IMG/VR virus record: IMGVR_UViG_3300033153_004497
Coordinates: 1-63,827 of that record
From: a virus
Lineage: Duplodnaviria > Caudoviricetes
Reading direction: 5' to 3' (one strand)
Length of the DNA stretch: 63,827 nt
The notes under the pieces were generated by a model. It was not told where the DNA came from. It searched no databases and saw only the letters and a program-made list of their open reading frames with translations. A program made the position numbers and the translations under genes. Below are positions 59,608-63,827 of this stretch, piece after piece. Position 1 is the first letter of the stretch, and each line of letters opens with the position of its first letter.

Positions 59608-59711
59608 TAACTGATTTTCGGCACTCGGAGTCAAAACGAAAAACTTAATGAGACTAATTTAAAACTACCTAACGACATCCGCAAGGAGTTTTTGATACTA
59701 AGATCAAACGA

Positions 59712-59921
59712 TTAATCGTCTTCGAATGTGAAGACACCCGTTTCAAGATCAAGTTCAGGAAAGAAATCTGCAATTACTTCATCGACATCACCAAAGCCTT
59801 TATTCGCAGCACTGGTTATGTCGGGGGGAAGGGGGTCATTTTCTACCAAAGAGGAATCAATAAAATCACCATTCTTATCAACAAGGAATCCATCCCCATC
59901 TGCATTTCTTATTTTAGCCAT
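59712..59921 (-). CDS. Small acidic protein, candidate immunity protein or antitoxin
   Basis: 69 aa, very Asp/Glu-rich, coupled (TAATG) to the MuF-zeta gene. Confidence 0.55.
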   Translation of the reverse strand: MAKIRNADGDGFLVDKNGDFIDSSLVENDPLPPDITSAANKGFGDVDEVIADFFPELDLETGVFTFEDD

Positions 59922-61714
59922 TAGAAATTACCTCCAACAAATTTTGGTTCTGTTCCACGGGGAACATGATTGTCCCACATCCCCCATTTACTAAATTGTG
60001 AACGCAGTTGATCGAAAACTTTTTCATTCTCAATATTCGCTAGGATTACATCCATTGGAACATATCTTTGTGTTTCTCCTAACGCTCTTTGGATTGCCCG
60101 TGCAGCAGCTTCATGTCTGGGCAAATACATGTAGTAGCCTTCTATCTGATAGCCATTGGGATTCTGCAAACTCTTCTTAGTAAATTGCCCTACCCGCTTG
60201 ATAGCAGAACCAGAACTTTTCAAAGTCATATCATGAACCACATTGAGATTCATCCGCTTTGCAATCTTTGTGATTTCATCAAACAAATAGGAAGATTCTT
60301 CATGTAATTCAAATGCGTTCCAACCTTTATATTCTGGCATCAATTGCTTTATCGCATCTGAGTCCAACACCAAAACCCTTCGACCATCTACAGGCCCATT
60401 CTTATCGGTCAACCAAGATTTGCCAGAACCACCACGCCCACCCAGAACCGTGTAAGTAGGTGTCTCTCCTTTTAGTGCTTTGGATTTACTGATACCGTTA
60501 CTGAGGATATTAGAACGATCTAAAACTTTTGTTTTTTCATTGAAACCAAGAATAACTTTTCTCGTAATCTCTCTGTGAAGAAGTTGCCTTTCAGCAGTCC
60601 AAACCTTATTGGCATTTCTGAATCTCGCAGCAGTGGTTTCAATACCTTCCAATAATTCTTGATAGCCCCGAATAGCAGCAGCATCCGCATCAGACAACCC
60701 TGCTATTATTGCTTCTTCTGTAACTGCTGTGTCTCCCGCAATATAATAATCTTCAGCAGAAGTAAAAGGTTTATCAGGGATTTTTTGTCCGGGGCGCAAT
60801 GGATTTGGTTGTTGTGTGTGCGTTCCTTTCGGTGCTCTAACTGCTTTCAGTAATCCCCTGCATCTAGGATGATATGGGGGAGTGTCCCAACCTTTCGCCC
60901 TCATTTGATCTGGGGTCATCTCCGTTAAATCTTTTATTCCCTGTTTGCTTTGCTTAGGAAAGGGGGCAAGGATTTTCAAATCATTGGGGTCAGTTATTCT
61001 TATCTGGGTATCCAGTTTTGCCAAAGCAGGGGCAACCGAAAATCTTTTCCCGTCCATCCTTCTGCACACAGGACAAATCCTGCTATCTAATTGTTCGTTC
61101 ACAACATAGTGGGTAATCCCACGGGCAGATGCTTCAGCTACGAAACCATAATTTGCCATTCGTGACATCTGAAGGGAGGAAGCAACACTTATCATACCTC
61201 CCCCAATATTTCCCGCACCTGTGGTCAAAGCATTTCGTAGATTGATGGGGTTGATTTTCTGAACGGTAACAGAATCACCTTTGTTAAATTCGGCTTCCTG
61301 TTGTTCTTCGAAGGTGAGTCTTGCTTCTAGTTTTACAGCTAACTGCATAAACCGTTTTCTAACGGTAATCATTGCCTGATCTAATTGGATTTGATATTGG
61401 TTGGTAGCAATGGGAACCAGACTCAAAGCATCTTTGTTTAAGACAACTTCAAGATCAAGGGTAGTGCCATTGATTAACGCACCCCCGAAAACCAAACCTG
61501 TTTTAAGAAGTGTGTTTATAGATTTGACTTTACCCCGATACAAAAGAGAAGTATTGATGGTATCAACTATCTCAGCCACTTTCGCTAAATCGTGGGCTTC
61601 AATAGCCTTTTCAATCTGGGGGATAATGCGCCTTTGAATCCTATTCCATCTGGGCAGAATTAATGCTTCAAGAGATGCTTCCAAATCAAGATAGGCTTCT
61701 ACTTTGACTACCAT
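59921..61714 (-). CDS. MuF/gp7-like minor head protein fused to a zeta-toxin-like P-loop kinase
   Basis: D.RICPVC..MDG and PPYHPRCR (MuF); GGRGGSGKS, DSDAIK, HEES, D.TL, RA..R...RYVP, W..WDN (zeta-like). Confidence 0.8.
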   Translation of the reverse strand: MVVKVEAYLDLEASLEALILPRWNRIQRRIIPQIEKAIEAHDLAKVAEIVDTINTSLLYRGKVKSINTLLKTGLVFGGALINGTTLDLEVVLNKDALSLVPIATNQYQIQLDQAMITVRKRFMQLAVKLEARLTFEEQQEAEFNKGDSVTVQKINPINLRNALTTGAGNIGGGMISVASSLQMSRMANYGFVAEASARGITHYVVNEQLDSRICPVCRRMDGKRFSVAPALAKLDTQIRITDPNDLKILAPFPKQSKQGIKDLTEMTPDQMRAKGWDTPPYHPRCRGLLKAVRAPKGTHTQQPNPLRPGQKIPDKPFTSAEDYYIAGDTAVTEEAIIAGLSDADAAAIRGYQELLEGIETTAARFRNANKVWTAERQLLHREITRKVILGFNEKTKVLDRSNILSNGISKSKALKGETPTYTVLGGRGGSGKSWLTDKNGPVDGRRVLVLDSDAIKQLMPEYKGWNAFELHEESSYLFDEITKIAKRMNLNVVHDMTLKSSGSAIKRVGQFTKKSLQNPNGYQIEGYYMYLPRHEAAARAIQRALGETQRYVPMDVILANIENEKVFDQLRSQFSKWGMWDNHVPRGTEPKFVGGNF

Positions 61715-61718
61715 GTTT

Positions 61719-63677
61719 TTAGCCTAGCTGATGTGTGTGACCGTTGGTAGAACCTGTGGCGTTTGATTCACTGTTCCACGTATGGGTATGCCCTTCATCT
61801 TCTGATGTCACCCCACCCGCTTCAAGAGTATGAACATGATTATTTACACCACCCGTTCCAGTAGAGTCACCTGCTTCGGCTTTGATTTGTGATACCACCC
61901 CAACCAGTTCAGACATTCCAACATTATCATTTTCAACTGAAGCATAGATTTTATTACTGACAAGCATGTTGACCATATCCAATTCAAAAGCATTCAAAGC
62001 TTTGATGCTTGTTTCCAGTGCCTTCAAATCTTTGGCAGGAATAGACTTGGTTAAATTTCGTACCTGAAGATCGGCAATAACTCCCAGATAGGAAAGATCA
62101 ACTTTTGCTACGGGTTCACCTGTACTCGCATCAATCTGTTCTTCATCTACAAAATCTTCGATGTGGGGGTTGCGTACTTGGTCAGCAGAACTTGACCCAC
62201 TGAATCTTTCAGCAATCTCATCTTCAACATCTTTTTCCAGTGGCTTAACTTCAACACTGCCCACCAGATTTAGATTCTCAATCAAAGACTTCTTGGTGAT
62301 AGCACCTGCATTCATTGCAGTTCGAAGTGTATTCAGATTTGTTTCTGCATCAGCAACAGTCAGGGGTTTTGATTTGATTCGATACTTCCCTTTGGTTACT
62401 TCCTTCATAACCGTGTTGTTAAATGCTTCATCAAACTCCATACGTTCAGGGGCAAATACCTGTGCTTCTGCCAAAGTGTAGGAGGCAAAAACCGAAGCAT
62501 AAGAATAGTCATCTGCCTTACCAACAAACAACGGGGGCAAACGGAATGAGGCGCGAACACGTTTCTCACACCTGTCATCATAATTTTCAAACATGGAATC
62601 CTGTTGACGGTCAGAGCCGAATGTTTCTACATCGACACGCACACCACCACCCTTATCAATGGTTCCTGATGTGCTCTGAATATCGGCAACAATTCCTTTC
62701 AATTTGTTTCGTGCTTTTCCTGCAAGCAATCCTTCCAATTGTTTTCTAGCAGTCTCAGCCATTGCACCACCAGAAATAAATACCATCAACGGGGGAATAC
62801 CACCCGCAGCAAAATATTCAAGATTTAATTCTTCAGCAGATCGGGAACCAACTACTGATGGTAAATTGTTGAGCCAACGGGGAACACCGTAGGGAGACAC
62901 AGCAGATCGATGAACAGTCAGATAAATAATTTCTGAAGCTCTGTCTTCGAAGGGTAATCTTTTACCTGCATCTTCAAGGAAAGTTCCTGTGTCTTTTGCA
63001 AGATCACGGGTAGAACCAAAATCCTTGAAATAGATTTTCTTACGATTGACTAACTGAACATACCTTCTTTCACGGGTCAAAGTTTGAAGTTTCATTTCAG
63101 TCCCACCACGGATTAATGTTTTTTGGGTGGGTACAGCATTCCCCAATTTCATCAACCTGATGGTCTTGGATTCCAAAGTTCTCATGAAAATAATTTCATC
63201 TTTGGGATTTCGGATTACTTCAATGCAACCATATCCAGAAATCTCTAACTGCCTTCTCAATTGCCTACGAAGAGTGATAAAAGAAATGGTAGGGGCAACC
63301 TCCATCAAAAATTCTTTGACAGGGACAAGAGCCTTTTCATCCTGCTCAGTCATTTCTTCCCCATCAGTTCTGACAATATCAAAACCCGTTCCATCAATGT
63401 TGACCTCCATAGCAGAGACACACTGATTCAACGCATTGTTTTGTTCGACAAGGGAATAATAAATGTCGGGGGAAATTTGGGGTTGAATAACCTGAGTGGT
63501 GTAGCTATTCAGAAATGTGTCTTCGATATCAAGAGCATTCGAAGTTACTTGAGCTTCCGCTTTTATAATAGCAGTTACGTTTGTTTCCAACTTAGCTACA
63601 TTGGATTGCGTGTTTGCCTTGGTGGATTTCCTGCGAGTACGGGCAGTCGCAGTTTTCAATTTGGTAGTTTCAGCCAT
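61719..63677 (-). CDS. Portal protein (PBSX/XkdE-like) with C-terminal extension
   Basis: G.G.IEVIRN, YGVPRW, YF..GG.P, FRLPP.FVG...DYS.A. Confidence 0.88.
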   Translation of the reverse strand: MAETTKLKTATARTRRKSTKANTQSNVAKLETNVTAIIKAEAQVTSNALDIEDTFLNSYTTQVIQPQISPDIYYSLVEQNNALNQCVSAMEVNIDGTGFDIVRTDGEEMTEQDEKALVPVKEFLMEVAPTISFITLRRQLRRQLEISGYGCIEVIRNPKDEIIFMRTLESKTIRLMKLGNAVPTQKTLIRGGTEMKLQTLTRERRYVQLVNRKKIYFKDFGSTRDLAKDTGTFLEDAGKRLPFEDRASEIIYLTVHRSAVSPYGVPRWLNNLPSVVGSRSAEELNLEYFAAGGIPPLMVFISGGAMAETARKQLEGLLAGKARNKLKGIVADIQSTSGTIDKGGGVRVDVETFGSDRQQDSMFENYDDRCEKRVRASFRLPPLFVGKADDYSYASVFASYTLAEAQVFAPERMEFDEAFNNTVMKEVTKGKYRIKSKPLTVADAETNLNTLRTAMNAGAITKKSLIENLNLVGSVEVKPLEKDVEDEIAERFSGSSSADQVRNPHIEDFVDEEQIDASTGEPVAKVDLSYLGVIADLQVRNLTKSIPAKDLKALETSIKALNAFELDMVNMLVSNKIYASVENDNVGMSELVGVVSQIKAEAGDSTGTGGVNNHVHTLEAGGVTSEDEGHTHTWNSESNATGSTNGHTHQLG

Positions 63678-63827
63678 GCCAAACCCAAAAAAATAATCGG
63701 AAGGTGGAAAGTGTATATCCTCCTAACCGATTATTCTATACTTTCAGGCTCAGAGCAACTTATTTCACAGCATCTTTCCACTCTGAAGTTAGCCCCCAAT
63801 TGTCAGCACAGACAGGGCCAAACCCCG

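Larger units (their letters stand above)
3015..59708. repeat. Dispersed 18-bp pseudo-palindrome, consensus TTTGATACTAAG(G/A)TCAAA, 13 copies
   Basis: Forward copies start at 3015, 3584, 6365, 14932, 30818, 38377, 53440 and 59691; reverse copies at 3394, 4355, 8537, 25179 and 44238. Confidence 0.9.

Noticed and set aside
30421-63426. Many plus-strand ORFs antisense to structural genes
   Set aside because: They are shadow frames of long minus-strand genes, with no independent signals.
63750-63827. Joining the window end to position 1 to complete the first tRNA
   Set aside because: The required 5' acceptor strand (GGATGTC or GGGTGTC) is not present.

Overview
This window is most or nearly all of a tailed dsDNA phage genome with a long non-contractile tail gene set. 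The host is Gram-negative, because an i-spanin/o-spanin pair is present. Layout: a + strand tRNA/structured-RNA cluster and small genes (1-2.7 kb); a non-coding, compositionally odd region (2.96-3.66 kb) next to terL/terS; short early cassettes; accessory and nucleotide-metabolism genes (ThyX, MazG-like); a recombination/replication block (RuvC, Cas4-like, RecA/UvsX, SF2 helicase, SSB, primase, DnaB, degenerate loader, iteron-containing initiator, AAA ATPase); then lysis, tail and head genes ending in the portal gene. I could not recognise a DNA polymerase, integrase or CI-type repressor. The most interesting observation is a candidate RNA-based regulatory circuit. Two tandem sRNA-like units of about 80 nt (29728-29984, minus strand) each have their own sigma70-type promoter and terminator. 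One has two loops complementary, in antiparallel order, to two sites in the leader of the replication operon. The other has a G/U-rich tract complementary to the CA-rich leaders of early genes. Other notable features are a 13-copy 18-bp pseudo-palindrome spread across the genome, a MuF-zeta-toxin fusion with a candidate immunity gene, unusual tRNA-like RNAs and a collagen/YadA mini-autotransporter. All calls come from reading motifs by eye; no searches or folding programs were run.
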